Under the pieces are notes generated by a model. The model saw only the letters and a list, made by a program, of their open reading frames with translations. It did not search any database and was not told the origin of the DNA. Both the position numbers and the translations under genes were made by a program. 39,723 nucleotides of DNA from an uncultured Fidelibacterota bacterium (GTDB taxonomy: Bacteria > Fidelibacterota > Marinisomatia > Marinisomatales > UBA1611): the NCBI GenBank assembly GCA_913040915.1, contig CAJWHW010000020.1, positions 1 through 39,723 of the forward strand, read 5' to 3'. Shown here piece after piece: positions 1-9,424 of this stretch (positions are counted from its first letter, which is position 1; every line of letters starts with the position of its first letter).

Positions 1-1
1 G

Positions 2-1786
2 AGTGATATTTTTATAAACCGAACTACAGACATTTCGGGTTTTAATGGAAAAGAATTAGAGCTAGCAAAATTTCTCAAGAAATTGTCCATAGATACACGA
101 GGATATATCCCAAAAACATTTTTTGAGGATAGTCAAGGTATTATTTGGGTTGGAGCAAGTAATGGTTTATTATTTAAAATTGATGTAGATAATTACACCT
201 TTGATACTTATAATCACGATCCAAATGATTCCACTTCAATCCCGAGCGGAATGATTGTAACAATGGCGGAAGATAGTCGTAATAATCTTTGGCTTGGTAC
301 CTGGCCAACGGGCATGGCTCGTTTCGATAAAAGTTCGGGGAAATCTAAAGTTTATTATAAAAGAGAAGGAGGCTTAATTGATAATACTGTTTGTAAGATT
401 ATCCCAGACGATGATGGATACCTATGGATAGCAACAAAGAATGGTATCTGTAAGTTTAATCCTGTACAAGAAAATTTTGAAGAGTATTACTATGCTGAAG
501 ATGGCTTACAGAGTAACGAATTTTTATTTGACGCTGGTACAAAAACATCTGATGGAACAATATATTTTGGTGGAAGCAATGGTGTTAATTACTTAGAACC
601 TGAAAAAATATTTAAAAACCCAAATCCTCCCATTATTGATATAGCTTCAGTTTTCAAAGATGGACATAAAATTTTATTTGGTTCAGCCAATGATATCCAA
701 AAATTGATTAAAGTTACCTTTAGAGATCGTGGGATCTCATTCGACTTTAATGCTTTGAATTACACCAGAACCGGTAAAAACCAATATAAATATAGAATGG
801 TTGGATATGACCCTGACTGGGTTGAAGCAGGTGATCGTAGATTTACAAGTTATACCAACCTACCACCTGGAGATTATTTATTTCAAGTTATAGGAAGTAA
901 TAATGATGGATTGTGGAATGAAAATCCGGCTGAAATCAAAGTAAAAGTTTATCCACCGCCATGGGCAACTTGGTGGGCTTATTCTTTTTATATCGTATCG
1001 ATTGCTGGCCTACTTTATTGGTATGTGCAATACCTTAAGAATAGAAACCTTCGTGAAACAGAAGAATTAAGAAAAACAGAAGAGCTTGAATTGGCCAGAC
1101 AATTTCAGCTGGATTTATTACCTTCTAAAATTCCCAGATTACCTGAATATGAGATTGCTGCAAAGATTGATACAGCTACAGAAGTTGGTGGTGATTATTA
1201 TGACTTTTTTGAACAGCCAGATGGTACAATTTATCTTGTAACTGGTGATGCAACAGGTCATGGTATGACAGCAGGAATGATGGTTTCTATTACAAAAGCA
1301 GGGTTACATGGTATCTCGCAGCCAGATACAAAAGATATTATGAGTCAGTTAAATACTGTAATAAAAAATATTGATCTTGGACAAAATAGAATGGCTTTAA
1401 ATATTGGTTATTTGAGCAATGGTTCAGTGCAGTTTTCTTCAGCTGGTATGCCACCTCTATATTTTTACAGTGCTGCAAAGGGGGAATTAAATGAAATATT
1501 GCAGGTTGGCTTACCTTTAGGTTCATTGAAAGAAGAAGATTATAAGTCAGATACTTATGATTTTAATTCAGGAGATATCATGATATTTTTATCTGACGGT
1601 TTACCAGAAGCCACGAATGTAAGTGGTGAGATGCTTGGTTATGGGGCTGTATATGATTGTATACTTGAGAATATAGATCAGGACCCAAAAACTCTTTTAA
1701 ATACTTTATCTAGACTTGGTAGTGAATGGATAGAAGGTAGTACACTAGATGATGACATAACTTTACTGGTAGTCAAGAAAAAATAA
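2..1786 (+). CDS. Membrane sensor phosphatase, 5'-partial: two-component-regulator beta-propeller + Y_Y_Y domain + TM + SpoIIE/PP2C phosphatase
   Basis: Frame is open from base 2, so the start lies outside the window. Propeller repeats (EDSQGIIWVG, EDSRNNLWLGT, DDDGYLWIAT), Y_Y_Y (YKYRMVGYDPDW..YTNLPPGDY), PPPWATWWAY TM, PP2C motifs VGGDYYD, GDATGHG, SDGLPEA, DDITLL. Confidence 0.9.
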   Translation, partial: SDIFINRTTDISGFNGKELELAKFLKKLSIDTRGYIPKTFFEDSQGIIWVGASNGLLFKIDVDNYTFDTYNHDPNDSTSIPSGMIVTMAEDSRNNLWLGTWPTGMARFDKSSGKSKVYYKREGGLIDNTVCKIIPDDDGYLWIATKNGICKFNPVQENFEEYYYAEDGLQSNEFLFDAGTKTSDGTIYFGGSNGVNYLEPEKIFKNPNPPIIDIASVFKDGHKILFGSANDIQKLIKVTFRDRGISFDFNALNYTRTGKNQYKYRMVGYDPDWVEAGDRRFTSYTNLPPGDYLFQVIGSNNDGLWNENPAEIKVKVYPPPWATWWAYSFYIVSIAGLLYWYVQYLKNRNLRETEELRKTEELELARQFQLDLLPSKIPRLPEYEIAAKIDTATEVGGDYYDFFEQPDGTIYLVTGDATGHGMTAGMMVSITKAGLHGISQPDTKDIMSQLNTVIKNIDLGQNRMALNIGYLSNGSVQFSSAGMPPLYFYSAAKGELNEILQVGLPLGSLKEEDYKSDTYDFNSGDIMIFLSDGLPEATNVSGEMLGYGAVYDCILENIDQDPKTLLNTLSRLGSEWIEGSTLDDDITLLVVKKK

Positions 1787-2047
1787 TAGAAAGATTAACT
1801 ACTCGTACTTGTTTATCTTCAATTAGGTTGACTTTTATCATAATTTTTTCATTGATTAAGAAACTACCAAATAAAGATCGGTATTAAGAATTTTGGAATA
1901 GTATGTTTTAAATGTCTTTATCGTTATCAGCATAGCAATACTTATCTTAATTAAAATATGAAATTAAGACTCATTTAAAAATGATGATATTTTATTTTAG
2001 TACCAAGGATATTAATAATTTCATATAATGATTCTTTTTGTAAATCT

Positions 2048-2076
2048 TTGAATCCAATCTTTATTTCATCTAATTT
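2048..2076 (+). promoter_or_regulatory. Sigma70-type promoter, probably giving a leaderless transcript
   Basis: TTGAAT (2048-2053), 17 nt, TAATTT (2071-2076), 6 nt, ATG at 2083; no SD. Confidence 0.5.
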
Positions 2077-2082
2077 CTACAG

Positions 2083-3276
2083 ATGAGAGTTTATTTTCAA
2101 TTAATTTTAGTACTAACTTTTATTTCTGAATGCACATATGCCTGCCGACTCTATGCAGTTTGTACTAAATCTGGATTGACAATTCCAGCGTTATCTGAAA
2201 ACGAACAATCTGCTGTATTAAATCAGCTCACTGTATTTTTTGAGCAATCTGAATATATGGATAATGGTTGGGCATTTTTGGGATATCAGGTTGAAAATCC
2301 AGATTCATTGGAGCCTATATACCGGTCGGAATCTTCAGCAACCCAAGATTCCACAGCTTATTGGAATTCTGTTTCTACCTTAATGAATGATTATGAACAT
2401 ATTATAGGTATTGGCCATTTGAGATTGGCTACTTCAGGAGATAATTCTGTCCCAAATCCACATCCCTTTCTTTTTCACAAAAATAGTATTACATATTCAT
2501 TGATACATAATGGAACATTGAATAAAGATCTTTTATTTAATTTAATTACAGATTATGGTACAGATATCTCTTGGTTAAATGAGCATGAGCCTCAGACATT
2601 TGATGGTGGATCATGGCAAGAAGAGGGTTGGAGTCACGTAGTTGACACGGAGTTATTATTATTTTACATCATGCAAAATATAGAATACGAGGATTCTATC
2701 ATTTTAGGTCTTGAAGTATCCCTGACGACATTGGTAGAAGCAGGCGTATCGATTTCACAACTAAATTTAATTTTTTCAGATGGAAATGATCTTTATATCT
2801 TTGGTGGGGTAAATGGTTTATCAATTACTGAATCGGATGAGTATTTTGCTGTCATGACTTTACCACCTGCAAATGATGAACTAAACTGGGTAGGAATTTC
2901 TAATGGTGACTTAATTGTAATTAATCAAGAAGATATAACTTACTACACTGGTTTTGCTGAAATTGAACCAGATAATCCGCCAATAATACCTATTGAAGAG
3001 TTTCTAACAATAGTACCTGCTTACCCAAACCCATTTAATGGTTTAGTAACTTTTGATTTAATGGCTCGACCTGGAGACTATATTACTTATTCTATATTTT
3101 CCATAATGGGCGAACGTATTTTCAGTAAAAGTATACAAATGCCATCCAGCGGTTTACAGAAAGTTGTATGGAATAGTAAGTCAAAATACAATCAAAATAT
3201 TTCTTCGGGAACATATATTATAAATGCGACAACAATTAATAAGTCAAAGTCACAGAAGATTCTCTTCATAAAATAG
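2083..3276 (+). CDS. Secreted class II glutamine amidotransferase-like (EgtC/Ntn) hydrolase with C-terminal Por/T9SS-tail (FlgD-Ig-like) domain
   Basis: Signal peptide ending TYA|CRL. Ntn motifs NGW, HLRLAT, NPHPF, HNG, DTE. C-terminus YPNPFN...IFSIMGE...W...SSGTYII...KILFIK. Confidence 0.8.
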   Translation: MRVYFQLILVLTFISECTYACRLYAVCTKSGLTIPALSENEQSAVLNQLTVFFEQSEYMDNGWAFLGYQVENPDSLEPIYRSESSATQDSTAYWNSVSTLMNDYEHIIGIGHLRLATSGDNSVPNPHPFLFHKNSITYSLIHNGTLNKDLLFNLITDYGTDISWLNEHEPQTFDGGSWQEEGWSHVVDTELLLFYIMQNIEYEDSIILGLEVSLTTLVEAGVSISQLNLIFSDGNDLYIFGGVNGLSITESDEYFAVMTLPPANDELNWVGISNGDLIVINQEDITYYTGFAEIEPDNPPIIPIEEFLTIVPAYPNPFNGLVTFDLMARPGDYITYSIFSIMGERIFSKSIQMPSSGLQKVVWNSKSKYNQNISSGTYIINATTINKSKSQKILFIK

Positions 3277-3354
3277 AAATTTGTTTATAAATTGATAGGC
3301 TTTATCCAAAGCAAAATAAATACAATTATAAAATTTCAACAGGGGGCCCCTGGT

Positions 3355-4299
3355 TTGGCTAAAACAAAAACTAAAAAAACTGTCAAAGAAGAAGTCAAAG
3401 CAACTCAAAAGAAAAATTCAGAAAAGGCTGCTCCTGAATCTTCCAATAAGAAAAAAGCAAAACCCAGTAAAGTATCTAGTGGAAGTATCAGTATGTACCT
3501 TGCCGAAATTGGGAAATTCAATCCTCTGCCACCAGAGCGAGAAGTGGAACTTGCTATCCGGATTCAGAATGATGATGAATTAGCAATGAAAGAACTAGTT
3601 GAAGCTAATCTGAGATTTGTGGTATCCGTTGCAAAGAAATATCAAGGAAACGGACTCTCTCTTGCTGATATAATTAATGAAGGAAATATGGGCCTAATCA
3701 AAGCAGCCAAACGTTTTGATCATACACGAGGTTTTAAATTTATTTCTTATGCAGTATGGTGGATCCGCCAGTCAATCCTGCAGGCATTGGCAGAACAATC
3801 ACGTTTAATACGTCTACCACTTAATAGAGTTGGGACTATCACGAAAATAACCCGTGCTGCAGAAAAGCTGGAAGCAGAAGTTGAGCGTCAACCTAAGGGA
3901 GACGAAATCGGTGCACAATTAGAAATGAGTGGCGATGAAGTGTTACAGGCTATGCAATATTCTCGCAGACATAGTTCTCTTAATTCTCCTTTTCAGGAAG
4001 GTGAAAACAGCAGTTTATTAGATATTATTGAAGATGCTGAAGCAGAAGAGCCAGAAGCAAAAATCATGATGGAATCCATGACGGAAGAAGTCAGTGGTGC
4101 TCTTGAAACTCTTTCTGAAAGAGAACGGGTTGTCTTAGAGATGTATTTCGGGATAAATCGTGACAGTGCCATGACCTTAAATGAGATTGGTGAAGAATTT
4201 GACCTCACTCGAGAGAGGGTGCGACAAATAAAAGAAAAAGCGATTCAAAGATTGCGACATCGTTCTCGAAGTAAAAACTTGCGGAGATATTTAGGCTAA
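3355..4299 (+). CDS. rpoD: RNA polymerase primary sigma factor, RpoD/SigA family
   Basis: YLAEIG, LVEANLRFVVSVAKKY, DIINEGNMGLIKAAKRFD, FKFISYAVWWIRQSI, TRERVRQI. TTG at 3355 preferred over 3292 because AGGGGG lies 8 nt upstream. Confidence 0.92.
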   Translation: MAKTKTKKTVKEEVKATQKKNSEKAAPESSNKKKAKPSKVSSGSISMYLAEIGKFNPLPPEREVELAIRIQNDDELAMKELVEANLRFVVSVAKKYQGNGLSLADIINEGNMGLIKAAKRFDHTRGFKFISYAVWWIRQSILQALAEQSRLIRLPLNRVGTITKITRAAEKLEAEVERQPKGDEIGAQLEMSGDEVLQAMQYSRRHSSLNSPFQEGENSSLLDIIEDAEAEEPEAKIMMESMTEEVSGALETLSERERVVLEMYFGINRDSAMTLNEIGEEFDLTRERVRQIKEKAIQRLRHRSRSKNLRRYLG

Positions 4300-4315
4300 G
4301 AATCCTATATTTCAT

Positions 4316-4346
4316 AAAAAGGGGGCTTTATCAAGTCCCTTTTTTT
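4316..4346. terminator. Bidirectional intrinsic terminator between convergent rpoD and MTase genes
   Basis: AAAAAGGGGGCTT-TATC-AAGTCCCTTTTTTT. Confidence 0.85.
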
Positions 4347-4381
4347 ATTTTTATATATTTTCCTGACTTTTACCAAATTAG

Positions 4382-5689
4382 TTAATGTTTTTTGAAAGTT
4401 ACACAGTAATGATGGAATGTATTGCTGACCCATGTATGTTTATATCCATAAGGAGAAATTTGGATGTCGTCTTGACACCAAAACCCTACGTGTATGAATT
4501 CTAAATATTCCATTAATTTATTTGTTAAATCAAAGGCCAGTGGATAAAGCTTTCCTTTCTTTTTTATATTTTTCACAACAATTGTCATGTGTCCGGAAGA
4601 TTTCAAATTATTAGCAGTTTTTCTATAAATATCTATTAAGACCTTAACAAAATTTGTGTAATTATTTAGATTACCCAGATCATTCCTATTATCAGAGTAA
4701 TTAGTTTGTAGTCCTTTGGCTTTTCGTAATGCTTGATTTTTAGATCCTTTCATATTGAGCATATCCCAGTATGGTGGAGAAGTAATCACATAATCAAATT
4801 TTGAAAAATCCATTGATTCAATTTCACGAGCATCACCTAATTCAATTCTCCATGCTTTAGTTTCTTGAAATCCCGCACATTTTTCCATTGCGATATCATG
4901 AAAAAGCTTACTTAATTCAATACCATAAGCTTTACGACCTAATCTTAGTGATTCAACTTGCGTTGTACCGGTTCCCGACATAGGATCAAAAACTATTTCA
5001 CCTTTTTTGGTGAATTTTTCCACATACATCTGAACCAACTCTTCGGGGTATTTTGCTGGATGAAGAACCTCATTTTTAGTTCTGGGTTTGGGCTTAAGGA
5101 TGAACCAATCAGGGAATGAAAATTGATTTAGTTTTACTATGCCAATATCTGAATAATTGAAATCTGGTTTATAAAATTTTGAGATTTCATCCTTCCTGAA
5201 ATACAAAGAAGTCCATGTTTGTCCATTTGGAAGACAAATAATTTTTTCATCTTTACGAGTTAAAAATTCTGCTAACTCAGTGGATAATTTCCAAGGGATT
5301 GGGAATCCATTACTATCTAGCCAATTTGTAGGAATTAAGATCCAAAGAAATTTTCTATTATTAAGTTTGCGACTATGCTTAGCAATCCAAGTCATCGCAT
5401 CTGAAATAGGTAATTCGCTCTCTATCAGATCCGCAGCTAAAAAATCATAAGATTTCTTTTCTGAATTCCAACTAAGCCTCAATTTTGCAGAGCAAGACCT
5501 AAATAAGCTTGAAAATTTATCTGAGCCAATTGACAATACATTCTGTTTTGGTGATATAGATGGTTTTGTGAAGAATTTGAGATTGGTGTCAATTAGAGTC
5601 TCAAGATCTTTATATTCGGTGAAAGATTTTTGAAAAGGAAGCCATTCTTTTGGACCGAGATCATTGAATTTATTTTCGTTTTTTGGCAT
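4382..5689 (-). CDS. Orphan N4-cytosine/N6-adenine DNA methyltransferase family protein with a degenerate N-terminal duplicate domain
   Basis: HPAKYP, motif I FDPMSGTGTT, GIELS, GDAR, catalytic TSPPY. Confidence 0.8.
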   Translation of the reverse strand: MPKNENKFNDLGPKEWLPFQKSFTEYKDLETLIDTNLKFFTKPSISPKQNVLSIGSDKFSSLFRSCSAKLRLSWNSEKKSYDFLAADLIESELPISDAMTWIAKHSRKLNNRKFLWILIPTNWLDSNGFPIPWKLSTELAEFLTRKDEKIICLPNGQTWTSLYFRKDEISKFYKPDFNYSDIGIVKLNQFSFPDWFILKPKPRTKNEVLHPAKYPEELVQMYVEKFTKKGEIVFDPMSGTGTTQVESLRLGRKAYGIELSKLFHDIAMEKCAGFQETKAWRIELGDAREIESMDFSKFDYVITSPPYWDMLNMKGSKNQALRKAKGLQTNYSDNRNDLGNLNNYTNFVKVLIDIYRKTANNLKSSGHMTIVVKNIKKKGKLYPLAFDLTNKLMEYLEFIHVGFWCQDDIQISPYGYKHTWVSNTFHHYCVTFKKH

Positions 5690-5842
5690 TGATTGAAAGT
5701 AAAAAATAGGATTTACAAAGGTAAATATAGTTTAAAATTAATGGACCATTTACAAGTTTACTAATATATGAACACCTTAAATGATTAATTATTATTATTA
5801 AACCCCTTTTATAAGTTTAAGCCTGATCAGAATGAGGTTGAT

Positions 5843-8311
5843 ATGAGATTTGTTTTTATTACAATTTTATTTTCCATGCTTTTTGCTACAGATGGGAATG
5901 CTCCAAGACAACGGACCCGGGATAGGGAAGTGGATATTCACCATATTAATATAAATATAACTGTAGATATAGATAGTGAAACTGTAAATGGGTATGTGAT
6001 TCATACTTTGAGTCCTTTTAGTCAGTCTCTAAAAGAATTTTCTCTGGATGCTGAAGATATGATCATAAGACGGGTTCGAGCTGATGGAAAAAATGTTTCT
6101 TTTGCAATGGGAGAAGAAAAAGTCCACATTACACTTAATCAGAATATTAGTTGGGAAGATACTATCCAAATACGATTGGACTATTCAGCAAAGCCAAGGA
6201 AAGGTACATATTTTATCAAGCCAGATGAAACCTATCCGGATAAACCTTGGCAGGCTTGGACACAGGGTGAAGATATGGATAACCACCACTGGGTACCTAT
6301 TTATGATTATCCAAACGATAGAGCAACTTTTGAAGTAAAACTCACAGTAGATCAAAACTATAAAGCTTTATCAAATGGGGAACTAGTTTCTATACAAACA
6401 CATAAAAATGGTACACACACCTGGCATTGGAGAGAGAACCATGCCATGGTAGCATATCTAATTTCCTATGTAGTGGCAGATTTAGTTAAAGTGGAAGATT
6501 CTTACAATGGAATTCCTGTGAATTACTGGGTTTATCATAACAATAAGCATGAAGCCTTGAGATCATTCGGTCTGACCACGGACATGATGAAGTACTTTGG
6601 TGAAAAGACAGGGATTGAGTATCCATTTGAAAAATATGACCAAGTAATAATAGATGATTTTATGTTCGGTGGTATGGAAAATATTACCCTTACTCATAAT
6701 ACCGACCGTACCATGTACGACGAATTTGCAGCGCCGGATGTGAGTAGTGACGGACTAGTCGCTCATGAGTTAGCTCACCAATGGTACGGTGATTTAATTA
6801 CAACTCGAAATTGGGCTAATGCATGGTTGAATGAAGGATTTGCCACCTTCTTCTCCCGAAAATATAGAGAACACCATTTCGGCTATGATGAAGGTGAATA
6901 TATTCGCTTTGGAGAAATAAACGGATATTTTGGTTCAAATAAACGCTGGAGACGTCCAACTGTTCAACATCATTTTTATGAATCAATGGAGGTGTTCGAT
7001 GGCCATATTTATTCTAAAGGAAGTTTAATTCTTAATATGATGCAGGATTATTTAGGAGATGATGCTTTTTGGAGAAGTATTCAGAATTACACTAAACAGA
7101 ATGCTTATAAAAATGTTGAAACAACAGATTTGAAAAAAGCCATAGAAGAAACCACAGGGCAAAATTTGGATTGGTTTTTCAAACAGTGGCTCTATGAGCC
7201 AGGATTTCCTGAATATGATGTCAAATGGATATTTAATCAACGAAATAAAGCAGTCAAACTGACTGTAAAACAGAAACAAGAAAATATTAATATGTTTAAA
7301 ATGCCTATTCAGGTAGAGATTGATGGTAAAATGCACACGATCTGGGTGGAAGATAAAGAAGCAATTTTTGAAATTCCTTCAGCAAAAAGGCCAAAAATGG
7401 TTGTGTTTAATGCCGGCATGCGAGTCCCATGCAAACTCATTTTTAAAAAGTCTGTAAATGAATGGATTATACAGCTCAAGTATGGAAACCACATTTTAGA
7501 CCGAATTGCGGCAGCCAGGGAGTTAGGTACAAAAAAAGGAAGACGCGTTGTAGAACTTGCATTACTGGAATCCATAAACTCTGATTCTTTTTGGGGTGTA
7601 AGAAAAGAGGCGGTAAGTGCATTTGCAAAATTAAAATCAAAAAAGTACTCAAATGAATTAATAGAGCTTGAAGCCGGACAGGACAATCGTGTTCGCCGTG
7701 CCATTTGGAGTGCTTTAAAAAATTATAAAGGCAATGCAGATGTAAGCAAATTCCTACTAAACATCATAGAAACAGATGAAAAATATTACAGTGTATCGGA
7801 TGCATTTAGAGCTTTGGTTGTTGTAGATACGACTGTAGCTAGAACAAAAGTAGATACCCTCCTGAATACAGATTCCCATAATGATGTTATTCGTAAATCT
7901 GCTATCACATATTTTGGTAGTGTTGTAACAGACAAAAATTATGACCGCTTAAAAAAATTAGTAGCTTATGGTGGTACCACATGGGATGCACGTCCAGAAG
8001 CTGTTAGGCAATTAGGGAAATATGTGAAAACAAAACCTCAAACTGTAGATTGGTTTGTTGATCTTCTGGATGACAACTCACGTGATGTACGTCGAAATGC
8101 AGTTCGCATGCTGAAAACTTATGGTAATAAAAACCATTTGGGACATTTGGATGAAGTATTGGCCATGGATCCCATCATTAGCCGAGATGTGCGAGCTGCA
8201 AAAAAGAATATTTTGAATCCACCGACAAAACCTACTAAAAAAGGTCCGGAAAAGAAATTGGAAGAAGCGAATAAAAAATTAGAAGACATCCGGAAATTGA
8301 TCAAATATTAA
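5843..8311 (+). CDS. M1 family zinc aminopeptidase with signal peptide and C-terminal HEAT repeats
   Basis: GGMEN, HELAHQW..WLNEGFA, YSKG; HEAT-like repeats (WGVRKEAV, RDVRRNAV). Confidence 0.92.
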   Translation: MRFVFITILFSMLFATDGNAPRQRTRDREVDIHHININITVDIDSETVNGYVIHTLSPFSQSLKEFSLDAEDMIIRRVRADGKNVSFAMGEEKVHITLNQNISWEDTIQIRLDYSAKPRKGTYFIKPDETYPDKPWQAWTQGEDMDNHHWVPIYDYPNDRATFEVKLTVDQNYKALSNGELVSIQTHKNGTHTWHWRENHAMVAYLISYVVADLVKVEDSYNGIPVNYWVYHNNKHEALRSFGLTTDMMKYFGEKTGIEYPFEKYDQVIIDDFMFGGMENITLTHNTDRTMYDEFAAPDVSSDGLVAHELAHQWYGDLITTRNWANAWLNEGFATFFSRKYREHHFGYDEGEYIRFGEINGYFGSNKRWRRPTVQHHFYESMEVFDGHIYSKGSLILNMMQDYLGDDAFWRSIQNYTKQNAYKNVETTDLKKAIEETTGQNLDWFFKQWLYEPGFPEYDVKWIFNQRNKAVKLTVKQKQENINMFKMPIQVEIDGKMHTIWVEDKEAIFEIPSAKRPKMVVFNAGMRVPCKLIFKKSVNEWIIQLKYGNHILDRIAAARELGTKKGRRVVELALLESINSDSFWGVRKEAVSAFAKLKSKKYSNELIELEAGQDNRVRRAIWSALKNYKGNADVSKFLLNIIETDEKYYSVSDAFRALVVVDTTVARTKVDTLLNTDSHNDVIRKSAITYFGSVVTDKNYDRLKKLVAYGGTTWDARPEAVRQLGKYVKTKPQTVDWFVDLLDDNSRDVRRNAVRMLKTYGNKNHLGHLDEVLAMDPIISRDVRAAKKNILNPPTKPTKKGPEKKLEEANKKLEDIRKLIKY

Positions 8312-8312
8312 C

Positions 8313-8813
8313 ATGTGCCAACCTTGGTCAGTTTGGCTTTTGCCGGATAAGACAGATGGAACCAATCTTCATACATTGGTTGAGGGTTGCTGCGCACGTT
8401 TCGGCTCTCATTCATATGATCCTCATGTGACCTTATTTGGTAGAGTGGATAATGGACCGAAATCCACATTCTCCGTTTTTGAAAATCTATACCAAAACCA
8501 TTCACCATTTTCGCTGGGAGTAGGAAGCATCCAAACAGGCGAACCGCCATGGAAATCACTTTTTCTTCAATTGGAAAAATCAGATTCATTGCTTCAACTC
8601 CAATCTGAAATCGATGGTTTTTTAAAGCGGTATCGTCACTATGATTTTGATCCACATTTGAGTCTGGCGTATGGAAAATCGAAATTGGATCAAGCAGAAA
8701 TCGAAAATATCACTTTTCCTGATTCAATACGGTTTTCTTCCTTAGCTTTGGTAGAGACGCCAGATGATATTTCATCTTGGAAGCAACTCCAAATATTTAA
8801 TCTGGGAGATTAA
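8313..8813 (+). CDS. 2H phosphoesterase, cyclic phosphodiesterase (CPDase)-like
   Basis: Two HxT/S motifs, PHVTL and PHLSL; N-terminal WSVWLLP. Confidence 0.8.
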   Translation: MCQPWSVWLLPDKTDGTNLHTLVEGCCARFGSHSYDPHVTLFGRVDNGPKSTFSVFENLYQNHSPFSLGVGSIQTGEPPWKSLFLQLEKSDSLLQLQSEIDGFLKRYRHYDFDPHLSLAYGKSKLDQAEIENITFPDSIRFSSLALVETPDDISSWKQLQIFNLGD

Positions 8814-8816
8814 CTC

Positions 8817-9350
8817 ATGAAAAATCCCTATCTAGTTGTCATTGACGTTCAGGAAAAATTGTTTCCAATCATGCATGAAAAAGAAACTTTCCTGAAAAAT
8901 ATCCAAACCTTGATTAAAGGATTCCAATTATTTGATCTTCCAATTATTCTTACTGAACAAGTCCCGGAAAAATTGGGTCCCACCATTGAACCGATTAAAT
9001 CATTACTGCCGGATACGAAGCCCATCATTAAGTCATCTTTTTCCTGTGCAGGTGATGCGGGATTCTCATTGAAATCAAACTACATGATGGAATGTGATGG
9101 CGTGGTCTTGGCAGGGATTGAGACTCATGTTTGCGTGTATCAAACAGAGCGAGATTTGATTCACCGTGGCCAACATGTGGAAGTGGTAACTGACGCAGTC
9201 ACATCCAGAATTCCAAATAATCACAAAATTGCACTGGACAGAATCAGGAATAATGGTGGTTATTTAACGACTGTGGAAATGTTACTGTTCAGCCTTCAAG
9301 AAATTGCCGAGGGAGATAGGTTCCGAGAATTGATCAAATTGGTGAAGTAA
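8817..9350 (+). CDS. Isochorismatase family hydrolase (YcaC/ISOC-like)
   Basis: VVIDVQEKL, TEQ.P..LG.T, K..FSC, GIETHVCV.QT, DAVTSR. Confidence 0.9.
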   Translation: MKNPYLVVIDVQEKLFPIMHEKETFLKNIQTLIKGFQLFDLPIILTEQVPEKLGPTIEPIKSLLPDTKPIIKSSFSCAGDAGFSLKSNYMMECDGVVLAGIETHVCVYQTERDLIHRGQHVEVVTDAVTSRIPNNHKIALDRIRNNGGYLTTVEMLLFSLQEIAEGDRFRELIKLVK

Positions 9351-9424
9351 GCGAAACCGGGGGAATTATCCATATTTTGAAATCATTTCGGGAACTTTAA
9401 TCTGAATCACTCCTAAATTCAACC

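Noticed and set aside
1787..2047. AT-rich intergenic region as ncRNA or small gene
   Set aside because: No convincing ORF, stable structure or known RNA motif.
2..4299. SpoIIE phosphatase near a sigma factor as a partner-switching module
   Set aside because: The sigma is a primary RpoD type, and no anti-sigma or STAS gene is in the window.
4382..5689. Restriction-modification or defence island
   Set aside because: No nuclease, specificity subunit or mobility gene nearby; the flanks are housekeeping genes.
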